Origin: a virus
Direction: 5' to 3' (one strand)
Virus record (IMG/VR): IMGVR_UViG_3300034072_001079
Length of the DNA stretch: 43,055 nt
Shown here: piece by piece, positions 9,917 through 18,409 of the stretch
Numbering within the stretch: position 1 is the stretch's first letter
Layout of the letters: the number at the start of each line of letters is the position of its first letter
Notes under the pieces: model-generated
Databases searched by the model: none
The model's input: only the letters and a program-made list of their open reading frames with translations
Told to the model about the DNA's origin: nothing
Made by a program: the position numbers and the translations under genes

Positions 9917-10524
9917 CACTCACCCCCGACAAACTCTTAGCCCTGTTCCCGCGCTGCGCGCTGCCGCTTGCCGAGGCGCTATGCGCCGCTATGCCCGCGG
10001 CCCGAATCGAGACGCCGGCCCGCATCGCCGCATTCCTAGCTCAGGTCGGCCACGAGTCGGGCGGCTTGGTGCGCCTGGTGGAAAATCTCAACTACAGCGC
10101 GCAGGGCCTGGCCGCTACCTGGCCGAACCGTTACGGCGGCCCGAACGCACTGGCGCACCGCTTGGCCCGCAATCCGCAGGCGATCGCCAATAACTGCTAC
10201 GCCGACCGGATGGGCAACGGCCCGGAGTCGAGCGGCGACGGCTGGCGGTTCCGCGGGCGCGGCCTGATTCAGGTCACCGGGCGCGACAACTACACGTCGG
10301 CCGGGCGGCGCCTGGGGCTGCCCCTGGTCGGTCAGCCCGAGCTGCTGGAGCAGCCCGAGCCGGCGGCGCGCTCGGCCTGCTGGTTCTGGCAAGAAAAGGG
10401 CTGTAACGAGCTGGCCGACGCCGACCAGTTCCTACAGATCACGCGGCGGATCAACGGCGGCTCGCACGGCCAGGCCGAGCGCGTGGCGCAGCGCGAGCGC
10501 ATTATCCGAGCGCTGCGGGCATGA
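9913..10524 (+). CDS. Endolysin, glycoside hydrolase family 19 (chitinase-class lysozyme)
   Basis: Motifs AAFLAQVGHESGG and FRGRGLIQVTGRDNY. Ends with INGG..G...R. Confidence 0.85.
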   Translation: MTLTPDKLLALFPRCALPLAEALCAAMPAARIETPARIAAFLAQVGHESGGLVRLVENLNYSAQGLAATWPNRYGGPNALAHRLARNPQAIANNCYADRMGNGPESSGDGWRFRGRGLIQVTGRDNYTSAGRRLGLPLVGQPELLEQPEPAARSACWFWQEKGCNELADADQFLQITRRINGGSHGQAERVAQRERIIRALRA

Positions 10525-10970
10525 TCGGGCCGCGCGCATACCTGGCCGCCGGCGCCCTGGCCCTGTCGTTCGGGGCCGGCTGGATCGTCAACGGCTGGCG
10601 GCACGGCGCCCAAGCCGAGCACGAGCGCGCCGAGGCGTTCCGGTGGATCCAGTCCGAACAGAAACGCAGCGCCGCGGCGATGGCCGTGGCCGATACGCAA
10701 GCACTCGCCGAGGTGAGACGTGAACAAGAAGAAGCGGACCGCCTGCGCGGTTGCATTGACCGGGGCGCTGGTTGCGGGCTGCGGGTCAAAGTTACCCGTG
10801 CAGCCTGCGTGCCCGACCCCGCCTCCCCTGCCGGCGTGGGTGATCGAAGCGGCGAATGGGCCGAGCTTGACCCCGGATCTCGACAAGATTATTTCGCCCT
10901 ACGGGAACGACTCGCCACCGCTCAAAACGCCTTGAGGCTGTGCGTCAACACGTACCCAGCACCCGAGTGA
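10521..10970 (+). CDS. i-spanin (Rz-like)
   Basis: N-terminal TM segment AYLAAGALALSFGAGWIV followed by a charged periplasmic domain. Contains the nested o-spanin ORF. Confidence 0.7.
   Translation: MIGPRAYLAAGALALSFGAGWIVNGWRHGAQAEHERAEAFRWIQSEQKRSAAAMAVADTQALAEVRREQEEADRLRGCIDRGAGCGLRVKVTRAACVPDPASPAGVGDRSGEWAELDPGSRQDYFALRERLATAQNALRLCVNTYPAPE
10720..10935 (+). CDS. o-spanin (Rz1-like lipoprotein) nested in the +1 frame of the i-spanin gene
   Basis: Lipobox LVAGC after a basic N-terminus (MNKKKRT). Pro-rich mature part. GTG start after GAGGTGAG. Confidence 0.75.
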   Translation: MNKKKRTACAVALTGALVAGCGSKLPVQPACPTPPPLPAWVIEAANGPSLTPDLDKIISPYGNDSPPLKTP

Positions 10971-11180
10971 TCCGCGCCGGTGCGGGGCGTTGCGCGCCTC
11001 GGTCCACCAGTAGCCGCCGCAGCGGCAGTTCGTGCGCTTGTGCTCGCGCCGCTTCCGGTACCAGTCCACTCGATACGGCCCGCCGCAGGTGCAGCGCCTG
11101 GTGCGCAGGTACTCGTCGGGGTGACGGGCCAGGGTGCGCCGAACGCCGCATTTGCGGCACCGGCAGGGGAACCGCGTCAC
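10899..11180 (-). CDS. Cys-rich zinc-ribbon protein, function unknown
   Basis: 93-aa ORF, GTG start. CRCRKCG...CTCGG...CRCGGYWW..HRRGSLGC. Its 3' end overlaps the convergent i-spanin gene by about 70 nt. Confidence 0.5.
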   Translation of the reverse strand: MTRFPCRCRKCGVRRTLARHPDEYLRTRRCTCGGPYRVDWYRKRREHKRTNCRCGGYWWTEARNAPHRRGSLGCWVRVDAQPQGVLSGGESFP

Positions 11181-11193
11181 TCAGAACACCCAC

Positions 11194-11248
11194 CGCCCCG
11201 ACTGCGCCGGAGCGGGTCGGCACGGTTGCGGCCGGCGCAGTCGGGGCG
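11194..11248. repeat. Perfect 17-bp inverted repeat (hairpin with 21-nt loop) in an intercistronic gap
   Basis: 11194-11210 ccgccccgactgcgccgg-type arm is the exact reverse complement of 11232-11248. Lies 13 nt upstream of the GTG at 11180 on the minus-strand transcript. Confidence 0.8.
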
Positions 11249-11309
11249 AAACGGCCGCCAGCTGCAGCGCCAGGGACAGCGCGCAGAGGACGGCGATCAG
11301 GGCGCATTG

Positions 11310-11969
11310 TCAGACCGCCCCGCCGGCTTTCTCGACGCCCTGTTTACGGAACGGCATCACGACCGCCAGCTCGCCCGCCGGCCCCTCGAAGTAGACCGAG
11401 TCGACGTGGACGGTGTCGCCCCAGTGAACACGATTGCAGCGCAGACGGGCCGCTTCCCACTGGGTTTGTTTGATCGTCGTGCGGTTCGGGCCTTGCACAG
11501 CTGGGTCTTTACCCATAGCCAAGTGGCCGAGCTGCGCCACGTCGGCGTCTTGCATGTCGCGGGCGCCGGGGCGCGGCACGATACGGCGCCAGTCCAGCCA
11601 GCGGCCTGGGTGGTCCGAGGGCGTTTCGCCTTGAGCGTAGTTCGATTCGAGCAGCCAGACCCGTTCGCCGGTTTTCGGGCAGTACAAGCCGGGCGCTTTA
11701 TCCGTGCAGGGCGCGGCGTGCAGGACTGTGCCGTCTGTGGCGACCGCCATTGTGCCGTCGCACATGACGTACTGCAGATACTTGCGGATATCCTTCGCGG
11801 CTACCGCCTTGGCCACCCAGGCAAACACCGTGTCTGCTTTCTGCGCCAGCAGCAGGCCCAGCTTCGGGATGGCGTCGGGGAATTGCTCGGCCAGTTCGGA
11901 GATCAGGCGGGCCGCTTCGGCCTTTTTGACCTTGCCGCGGTTGGTGAAGGCAATCTGATGGATGTTCAC
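11310..11969 (-). CDS. DnaN-like (beta sliding clamp-like) short protein
   Basis: 219 aa, GTG start after GGAG. Clamp-like strings KDIRKYLQYV..MAVATDGTVLH, GRWLDWRRIVP and C-terminal AVVMPFR. Lies next to the DNA polymerase gene. Confidence 0.5.
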   Translation of the reverse strand: MNIHQIAFTNRGKVKKAEAARLISELAEQFPDAIPKLGLLLAQKADTVFAWVAKAVAAKDIRKYLQYVMCDGTMAVATDGTVLHAAPCTDKAPGLYCPKTGERVWLLESNYAQGETPSDHPGRWLDWRRIVPRPGARDMQDADVAQLGHLAMGKDPAVQGPNRTTIKQTQWEAARLRCNRVHWGDTVHVDSVYFEGPAGELAVVMPFRKQGVEKAGGAV

Positions 11970-12002
11970 GGTGTAGATGCTCCATTCGGTGAGTACAGGC
12001 GC

Positions 12003-12031
12003 ACTATCTCAAAAGATGGCGCACCCGTCAA
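12003..12031 (-). promoter_or_regulatory. Early sigma70-like promoter (class I), leftward
   Basis: Minus strand reads agtagTTGACG-ggtgcgccatcttttga-GATAGT with a 17-nt spacer. The -35 abuts the polymerase stop. GTG of the next gene is 33 nt downstream. Confidence 0.6.
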
Positions 12032-14392
12032 CTACTTTTTGTACCGACGGCTTCTATATCCGCCAGCCGCACGAATCGGCCAGCCCGCGGCCCAGGCCGG
12101 CAGCGTGGCCATGATCTGCTCGAACTCCTCGACCGAGCCGAAGCCGTGCGGAACCTCGGCGGCAATCTCGTCATGCACGCGCAGCACCACGGGATAACCT
12201 GCCCGCTCCAGATTCACGACCGCGTGGGCCATCACGTCGCGGGCGGTGGCCTGGATCAGGTTTTCCGCCAGCCGGCCGCCGTAGGTTTTCATGCGCGTCC
12301 AACCCAACGGCCCCATTTGCTGGTTAGAATTCCACGTCATAAACGTCAGTTCCCACGTCGGCACGCCTTCCCACCGTTCCGAGCGTTCCAGGCGCGGCGA
12401 GTGGTACGTCAGGCGCCGGCCACTCAGCAGCTTCATGAACAGCGCGTCGCCGATCATCTGGAACTCGATTCCCCGATAGCTGTACACCGTGCCGGGCGAC
12501 TGGACCGCTGCGATCGCCATGCCTTCTAGGCCGTACAGTTCGAACCGATCCGGGCGCCACGGCTTGCCGCGTACCTGGCCGCCCCACAGCTCGACGATGG
12601 CCGGGGACGACTCGCGCCAGCGCACAATGGCCGCCTTCACCTCGTCGTCGGTCATGTTGTCCGTCTTGTCGAACTGGCGCCACGCGGTGATCCAGCCGCC
12701 GAAGCCCAGGCCCAGCTCGGCCGGCTTGCCGATCTTTTGCCGGTCCGGGTGTTTCTTGCCGCCGTTCTCCATGTACCACTCGAACGACTTGCCCGTCACC
12801 GACGCGGCGCCGTGCAGGTAGATATCGTCCCGGCGCTGGAAAGCATCGATCCGCCATTGCTCGCCGGCCAGTACCGCCGTTACCACGGCTTCAATGCTCG
12901 AATAGTCTGAACAGATCAGGTCGTGCCCAGGCGCCGCCACGAGCAGGCCGCGCACGCAGCCGGCAATTGTCAGCACCGCATCGCCAAAGAAATACTCGAC
13001 CAGGGCCAGGTCGCGGCAGGCCATGATCTCCAGGGCGTGGTCGACCGCCTCGGCGCTCCAGTCGTCCGGGCGGGAGAATGCCGCGCTCGCGCCGCACCAG
13101 GGGCAGGCGTCGAGGTGCTGGGCGTAGGGACGCTCGCACCCGACCGACTCGCACCAGCGCAGCTTCGGCCCGGCCTTGGGTAGGTTGCCCGGCTGCACGT
13201 CTGCGTGGGTATCCCGGCCGGTGCGCGCCCCGTGGTAGTTGAACAGATCGCACAGGCGAGAGTCGCGTGTGGCCATGCGGGCCATTGCGTACACCTTTTT
13301 AACCGAGGCCGAGCCGATCAGCGCACGGATCTCTAGAGCTCGAATGACAGGGCCGAGCTCGTAAATATCCGCCCCATCGTGGCCGCCGTCGTCAATCCGC
13401 TTGTACAGCTCTGCGATTGCCGCGTCTACGGCGTCACTGTCGCAGCTGGGCATCCTGACACCGGCCATGTCGTACACCCACGCCTGCAGCTTGCTCGCCT
13501 CGCTCGCACGGGCCACGGCGCCGTCGGTGATCTGGTACAGCTCGGCGTTGTACTGCGCGTGGGCCTGCTCCAGCACGGCGATGCATGCGTGCACGCTGGC
13601 CAGGTCGACGCCCACGCCGCGCCAGTTCACCGCCTGGTCCGCGAGCCAGTAGTCCAGCTCGGCGGGGATCAGGTCGGGCAGGCGGCGCGAGGCGTCCGAT
13701 TCGGTGCGTATGTCCTGCTCGTTATAGGCGTACAGCTTCGCCGCGTCGGCGGGGTCGTCCTCGGGGCGGATGCGTAACGCGGTGTTCGCCTTCGTGGGGT
13801 TGCGGGGCATGGAAAACTTGTCGAGGAGGCGCTTGCCCTCTTTGTCCTTTTGCTCGGCCAGGCCCAGCACTTCACCCAGGTTGCCCAAGGCGCCGGGCAG
13901 CGAAAACGCGCGGGCCTTGGACATGCTGCACCGGAATTGCCGAATGTCGATCCGCGCCCAGCCGTATTTCACGGCCAGCACGTGCAGGGCGATACGGACC
14001 TCAAACATCGAGTTGTGGGCTTCGATTAGCCCCGCCTGGGTGTAGCTCGGCGGCTCGGCCGGGTCGAATCGGGCCAGGTGCTGGCACAGGTCGAGCGGAG
14101 GCGGCATACCGGGCAGCCACGTGCGGGCGCCGAGGCCGTCTTTCAGGTCGTACTTGACCGACAGCACTTCGGTGCTCGGGTGCTCCGCGTAGACCGCAGC
14201 GCCGACGGCAAATATGCCTTTCTTCGTGGCCCCGGCTGGCGGGCGCCACTTCTGTGCCGTGTCATCCCACTCGAAGCCGGCCTCGGAGTAGCATTCGAAG
14301 TCGATGTCGGGCAGCACGGTAGCGTGGCCCCAGGCGACAGGGACACGCTGGCCGGCGCGCAGGATGCTGAGTGGGGGTAGTGGGGCGGTCAT
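12032..14392 (-). CDS. Family A DNA polymerase with 3'-5' exonuclease domain
   Basis: Exo motifs DIDFECYSE, AHNSMFE, YNEQD. Pol motif A DYSSIEAVV, motif B RQKIGKPAELGLGFGG, motif C RVHDEI. Cys4 insertion CESVGCE..CPWCG. Confidence 0.9.
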   Translation of the reverse strand: MTAPLPPLSILRAGQRVPVAWGHATVLPDIDFECYSEAGFEWDDTAQKWRPPAGATKKGIFAVGAAVYAEHPSTEVLSVKYDLKDGLGARTWLPGMPPPLDLCQHLARFDPAEPPSYTQAGLIEAHNSMFEVRIALHVLAVKYGWARIDIRQFRCSMSKARAFSLPGALGNLGEVLGLAEQKDKEGKRLLDKFSMPRNPTKANTALRIRPEDDPADAAKLYAYNEQDIRTESDASRRLPDLIPAELDYWLADQAVNWRGVGVDLASVHACIAVLEQAHAQYNAELYQITDGAVARASEASKLQAWVYDMAGVRMPSCDSDAVDAAIAELYKRIDDGGHDGADIYELGPVIRALEIRALIGSASVKKVYAMARMATRDSRLCDLFNYHGARTGRDTHADVQPGNLPKAGPKLRWCESVGCERPYAQHLDACPWCGASAAFSRPDDWSAEAVDHALEIMACRDLALVEYFFGDAVLTIAGCVRGLLVAAPGHDLICSDYSSIEAVVTAVLAGEQWRIDAFQRRDDIYLHGAASVTGKSFEWYMENGGKKHPDRQKIGKPAELGLGFGGWITAWRQFDKTDNMTDDEVKAAIVRWRESSPAIVELWGGQVRGKPWRPDRFELYGLEGMAIAAVQSPGTVYSYRGIEFQMIGDALFMKLLSGRRLTYHSPRLERSERWEGVPTWELTFMTWNSNQQMGPLGWTRMKTYGGRLAENLIQATARDVMAHAVVNLERAGYPVVLRVHDEIAAEVPHGFGSVEEFEQIMATLPAWAAGWPIRAAGGYRSRRYKK

Positions 14393-14854
14393 TCAATACT
14401 CCCCATGCGGCACGACCGAACCGTCGGCCCGTTTGAAGCCCCAGCCGCGCCGGGCGCCCCAGGTGATAAACATTGTCCAGGCGCCGCCGTCGGCAACCTG
14501 TACGATCCGGTGAAACTCGCCGCGCTTCATACGGTACGTGTCGCCCGCTTCGCGCCGGAAATGCCGGCCGCCTTCGCGTTGCTCCAGATACCAGCCGCGC
14601 AGGATAACCGAGCGGAACGGCCACGGGTGGTCGTGATGATCGCGGCCGGGGTCCTCGGCCAGAATGTGGTGCAGGCGGATCTGCAGCGGGCCGAGACGGA
14701 GCAGCCAGAAGCGGCGCATGTACCAGTAAACGCCTGGCCACAGCGGGGTGCTGTCAGAAATGCGCAGGATTTTGCCGGTTCTCGTCTGGATTACCAGATG
14801 GTCGTAGGGCGCCCGCATAGCGCGACGAATGAGCCAATCAACAAGCCAGTTCAT
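14393..14854 (-). CDS. Conserved phage protein with HDHPW motif (cupin-like?), function unknown
   Basis: Start taken at internal ATG (MNWLVDWL), which forms an ATGA overlap with the upstream stop. Motif RLHHILAEDPGRDHHDHPWPFRSVILRGWY. Confidence 0.65.
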   Translation of the reverse strand: MNWLVDWLIRRAMRAPYDHLVIQTRTGKILRISDSTPLWPGVYWYMRRFWLLRLGPLQIRLHHILAEDPGRDHHDHPWPFRSVILRGWYLEQREGGRHFRREAGDTYRMKRGEFHRIVQVADGGAWTMFITWGARRGWGFKRADGSVVPHGEY

Positions 14855-15129
14855 GGCCGCACCTCGAACACGTGGAAAACGAACGAGCCGCCGCCAGCCT
14901 GGAGCGTATCGACGAACCGCCAACGCTCGGCGCCCTCGGGTAGCGGATGCCCGGTGCCCGCGACGTAAATCTCGCGTGGTTCAATCGGCGCGGCCGGGTC
15001 GACCACGGCCCACAGTTGGGCGGCGCCCTGCTGAAGCTGAACGGACAGGATCTGTGCGCCGGACGGGAGTTGGAGCGTTTCCGTGCCGGTGCCAGCTTGG
15101 AAAATCGGGTATTTGTAAATGGTGCGCAT
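14851..15129 (-). CDS. Small conserved phage protein, function unknown
   Basis: 92-aa ORF MRTIYKYPI..., high third-position GC, translationally coupled to the downstream gene. Confidence 0.65.
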   Translation of the reverse strand: MRTIYKYPIFQAGTGTETLQLPSGAQILSVQLQQGAAQLWAVVDPAAPIEPREIYVAGTGHPLPEGAERWRFVDTLQAGGGSFVFHVFEVRP

Positions 15130-15132
15130 TGC

Positions 15133-15351
15133 TCAGCCCTCCCACGTGATGCGGACAATGCCGAAAAGCAGGTCGAGGCTCAGCGTGCGGCCGCCGAAGC
15201 TAAACCCAAATTTGCAGGTCCAGCCGCCGCCGAAACGGGCGCCGCTTGGGTTTAGCGGGGCCTTTGGGCCTCGGCCGGATTTATGAGGGAACCAGCCGTA
15301 GCCCTGCCAAGGGAATCGAGACGCCTTGATTTTCAGTTTGCCGATTTGCAT
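15133..15351 (-). CDS. Hypothetical Gly/aromatic-rich protein
   Basis: 72-aa ORF with ATG start. Stop lies 3-4 nt before the next start. No recognisable motif. Confidence 0.45.
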   Translation of the reverse strand: MQIGKLKIKASRFPWQGYGWFPHKSGRGPKAPLNPSGARFGGGWTCKFGFSFGGRTLSLDLLFGIVRITWEG

Positions 15352-15402
15352 GCGTGCTGCTCCATAGAAGGGGCCCGCCTATACCAGCTCGGGCCGAGTG
15401 GG

Positions 15403-16302
15403 TCACATGATGTAGCCGTGCTCGCGCAGGGCCGCGTCGGTCCAGCCCTGGGCCAGAAACGCTTCATAGGTCACGCCGGCGGCCTTGGCGGTCATCTGCG
15501 GGCCGGTCGGGGTCGGCACGAGGTCGCGCGCTGGGACCACGGGTGCCGGAGCGGGTGCCGGAGCGGGTGCCGGAGCGGGTGCCGGAGCGGGTGCCGGAGC
15601 GGGTGCCGGAGCGGGTGCCGGAGCGGGTGCCGGAGCGGGGGCGGCGGTAGGCACAGCAGCCGGCGGGGTCAGGGTCGCACCGGCGGGCAGCGGCGCCTGG
15701 CCGAAACCGGCCTTGGACACGTCGACCGCGCTGCCTTGGATAACCGGGCCGTAGGCGACCAGTGCGACGGCGCGCGGGTTAGCGTACAGGCCGGGGCTCT
15801 GGGTCTGCTCGTTGCTGGTGTACTCGGCCATCACCTGCACGTAGTAGCCGCGCTTGATCACTTCCTCGGCGTCGGGCAGGCGCTTGCCGCCCTTGTCGTT
15901 CAGGTAGTCCCACAGCTGCGGCTGAATGCTCGTCGAGAAGAACAGCACCCAATGACCGGGGAAACCCTCGTTGTCGCACGGGCGCTTGTTGTTTTTGTTC
16001 AGGTCGGTGCTGTCGCCGTCGGTGATCTTAAACGAGAAGTCGCGGCGCTGGACGGCCTGAGGGAACTCGGCCGAGGCGAACGCCCAGAGGCCGACGCCCC
16101 ACGGTTCCTGCGACCAGTGCGTGACGCCCGGGGTTTTCGGCACGGCGACGCCGAAATTGTATTCCTGGCGCGGCAGGCCGGCATTCGGGCCGGTTTTGAT
16201 CACCAGTGGCTTGCCCTCCTGGTCAGTGGTGCGCGGCGTGTACAGCGAGCCGGTTACCAGACGGCCCGGGGGCGTGGTCATTTCGTGGACGTTCTTAGCC
16301 AT
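15403..16302 (-). CDS. Single-stranded DNA-binding protein candidate (DUF2815-like) with (Ala-Pro)n linker
   Basis: Sits between the Cas4-like nuclease and the polymerase, as in DUF2800/DUF2815 clusters. ATG 16302 follows GGAG (track TTG start is 16317). Carries 16 AP dipeptides and a short C-terminal tail. Confidence 0.6.
   Translation of the reverse strand: MAKNVHEMTTPPGRLVTGSLYTPRTTDQEGKPLVIKTGPNAGLPRQEYNFGVAVPKTPGVTHWSQEPWGVGLWAFASAEFPQAVQRRDFSFKITDGDSTDLNKNNKRPCDNEGFPGHWVLFFSTSIQPQLWDYLNDKGGKRLPDAEEVIKRGYYVQVMAEYTSNEQTQSPGLYANPRAVALVAYGPVIQGSAVDVSKAGFGQAPLPAGATLTPPAAVPTAAPAPAPAPAPAPAPAPAPAPAPAPAPAPAPAPAPVVPARDLVPTPTGPQMTAKAAGVTYEAFLAQGWTDAALREHGYIM
15541..15636. repeat. Perfect tandem repeat, 12-bp unit gggtgccggagc x8, in-frame (encodes the AP linker)
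   Basis: Eight identical consecutive 12-mers read directly from the sequence. Confidence 0.95.
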
Positions 16303-17437
16303 TGCGATTTGCTCCAAAGGCCGCGCGGGCCTTGTTTGTCAGGTTGGTATCCCGCACCAGCTTCATGCCGGCGCTTGGGTATTCACTGTACGACTTGATG
16401 ACGGCGGCGTCAACTCCCTTTTTACTCGCCTGGTTCGGGGTGATCACGTCCAACGGCTTGCGCAGATCAACGCCGAACAGATCGCCCAGGGCGGCAACCT
16501 CGTCCGCCGGCTTGGTCCACTTTTGCCGACCGTACGCCGGTTCGAGCGTCCAGTCGCCGACGGGCTGGCCCGCGCGCAGCGTGGCCTCTACCTGCGTCTC
16601 GATAGCCGTGTGCCGCGCCTTGACCAGCTTTTCGAGCAGTTCGAGCAGCACCAGTTCTGCGCCCAGGGCGTCCGGCGGCAGCTGTTCCGGTTGCGCCCCC
16701 TCGGCCCAATCGGCAATGGCGAGGATGTTGCGGCGCAGGGTCGGGCAGCCTCGGGCCGCGGGGCAATACATGCAGTGAGGGCCGGCGGCAAGCCGGGCGC
16801 CTGGTTGCATCGCGTCGTGGGCCGCCGCGTGCAGCTGGTTGAAGTGCCCGCGCAGATCAGACGCCTTGACCCGCCACGATCGAACCCGGCCGGCACGATG
16901 GTAGGCCCGAGGCTGGACGATACGCATGTCGACCGTAACGTGCTGATCGGTGCGGCCGTCCACGCCGAGCAAGTCGAGAATGCCGCAGACGTAGGCAATC
17001 ATCTGCCAGTTTTCGGCGACCTCGACGATGCCGTGCCCGTATTTGAAGTCCCACACGTAGAGAACGCCGTGGGCCTGGTCATACAGCCACGTGTCGGGCG
17101 TGCCGAACGCTTCGGGGTGAATCCGAGGCATGGCGACGCGCTGTTCGACCTGCAGTTCGGCGCGGCGGTCGCCCGCCACGGCTAGCACGTCCTCGACCCA
17201 TATGGTCGCCCCGTCGAGCATATCCTCGTCGACGATATAGCCGTTCGGGGCGACCGTGCCGGGTTGCGGCTGTGACGTGCCGAGCAGGATCTCGGCGCCG
17301 ACCCAGTGCGCGGCGGTCCCTTCGTCGGCCCGGCTCGTGTCGCCCAGCTCGGGGAACTTACCCCCGAGCCAAACCGAGCCGGGGCACGCGACCCAGCGCG
17401 AGGCGCTGGACGGTGCGAGTGGAGAGTGGGCGCCCAT
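16295..17437 (-). CDS. PD-(D/E)XK exonuclease, Cas4/DUF2800-like, with Fe-S cysteine cluster
   Basis: N-terminal SSASRWVACPGS, core VWDFKYG, C-terminal CMYCPAARGCP. This is the Cas4/AddB-type four-Cys arrangement. Confidence 0.75.
   Translation of the reverse strand: MGAHSPLAPSSASRWVACPGSVWLGGKFPELGDTSRADEGTAAHWVGAEILLGTSQPQPGTVAPNGYIVDEDMLDGATIWVEDVLAVAGDRRAELQVEQRVAMPRIHPEAFGTPDTWLYDQAHGVLYVWDFKYGHGIVEVAENWQMIAYVCGILDLLGVDGRTDQHVTVDMRIVQPRAYHRAGRVRSWRVKASDLRGHFNQLHAAAHDAMQPGARLAAGPHCMYCPAARGCPTLRRNILAIADWAEGAQPEQLPPDALGAELVLLELLEKLVKARHTAIETQVEATLRAGQPVGDWTLEPAYGRQKWTKPADEVAALGDLFGVDLRKPLDVITPNQASKKGVDAAVIKSYSEYPSAGMKLVRDTNLTNKARAAFGANRNG
16385..16413 (-). promoter_or_regulatory. Early sigma70-like promoter (class I), leftward, inside the 3' end of the nuclease gene
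   Basis: Minus strand reads gggagTTGACG-ccgccgtcatcaagtcg-TACAGT with a 17-nt spacer. Upstream of the SSB-like gene. Confidence 0.55.
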
Positions 17438-18402
17438 TAGCCGGTCACCTTTTCGGCCAGCTTGGCGGCAACGCCCGGGATCAGATCGAGGCGGTTGGCC
17501 AGGTGCGGCAGCATCGACACGCCTTCGACGCCTAGGGCCTGGATCACGAGCGTTACGTCGGTCGGGCTGATCTTGCCCGCCTTGGTCAGGCCGAGCAGCC
17601 AGTCAGTCAACTCCTTGAATGTGGTCGGCCCGCTCGCTGCAGGCGCCGGAGCAGCCGGGGTAACCAGTGGCGGCACAGGGGCAATAGGCGCGGATTCGAC
17701 CGTCGGATCGCCAGCGCCAGCAGCCGGAGCGTTTCCCACCAAGGCGCGCAGCTCGGCCTCTACGGACGCCACGAGGGCCTCGTCAACGCCGCGCTTGCGG
17801 CGCCAGGTGCCGTCGGCAACGGTGTTTTTGCTGCTGCTGTGGATACGCTCGTCCCACGGCAGGCCGGCGCTATCGAGCGAGGTGGCGGGCACGGGCGGGG
17901 CAGGCGCAACCGGCGGGGGAGTCGGTACGGAACCAGCCGAGGCAGAAGGCGCAACGGGCTTTGGGACTTCGACCCACTCCGCGTAGCCGGCGGCCACGAG
18001 TTGATCGTCAGACCATCCCGCATCGCGCATGGCCTGCTCCGGGAAACCGGCGGCGGCTTCGTTGTAGACCAGTTTCAGCTCGGGATCCGGCAGCGGTGCC
18101 GGCGGGGCGGGCTGCTCCACCTGCTCCACCTGCTCCACCTGCTCCACCTGCTCCACCTGCTCCACCTGCGGGGCAGGCGTGGCCACTTCGAGCACGCGGG
18201 CCGGCTCAGGTTGCTGCGGCAGGAGCTGGGCGAGTTGTTCCGGGGCTTCGCTTGTGTCGAGCGTTACGGCGTACGCCAATTCGCTGACGATCTTGTCGCG
18301 CAGCTCGGAGCGCACCTGTTCGGACTGCTCGGCGAGCTTGGTCAGGTACTCAGCGCCCAGGCGCAGGGCGGTCGGGCTATTGGGGAGGGTGAGGCTATAC
18401 AT
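17437..18402 (-). CDS. Repeat-containing early protein, function unknown
   Basis: 321 aa, Pro/Ala-rich, with (VEQ)6, a GWSDDQLVAAGY motif and LPWDERIHSSSKN..DGTWRRKRG. Confidence 0.65.
   Translation of the reverse strand: MYSLTLPNSPTALRLGAEYLTKLAEQSEQVRSELRDKIVSELAYAVTLDTSEAPEQLAQLLPQQPEPARVLEVATPAPQVEQVEQVEQVEQVEQVEQPAPPAPLPDPELKLVYNEAAAGFPEQAMRDAGWSDDQLVAAGYAEWVEVPKPVAPSASAGSVPTPPPVAPAPPVPATSLDSAGLPWDERIHSSSKNTVADGTWRRKRGVDEALVASVEAELRALVGNAPAAGAGDPTVESAPIAPVPPLVTPAAPAPAASGPTTFKELTDWLLGLTKAGKISPTDVTLVIQALGVEGVSMLPHLANRLDLIPGVAAKLAEKVTG
18112..18165. repeat. Perfect tandem repeat, 9-bp unit ctgctccac x6, in-frame (encodes VEQ x6)
   Basis: Six identical consecutive 9-mers read directly from the sequence. 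Confidence 0.95.
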
Positions 18403-18409
18403 GGTCGGT

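Noticed and set aside
10945-11307. 120-aa minus-strand ORF (MRPDRRPLRAV...)
   Set aside because: It reads straight through the 17-bp palindrome, overlaps the better-supported Cys-rich ORF in another frame, and has a low-complexity Ala/Gly/Pro composition.
15541-15636. Possible CRISPR-like array (also 18112-18165)
   Set aside because: The units are contiguous 12-mers and 9-mers with no spacers. Both are in frame inside coding sequences, so they are simple tandem coding repeats.
15283-16398. 371-aa plus-strand ORF with a (CRSG)n repeat
   Set aside because: It is the antisense reading of the (AP)n tandem repeat inside the SSB-like gene, and there is no independent support for it.
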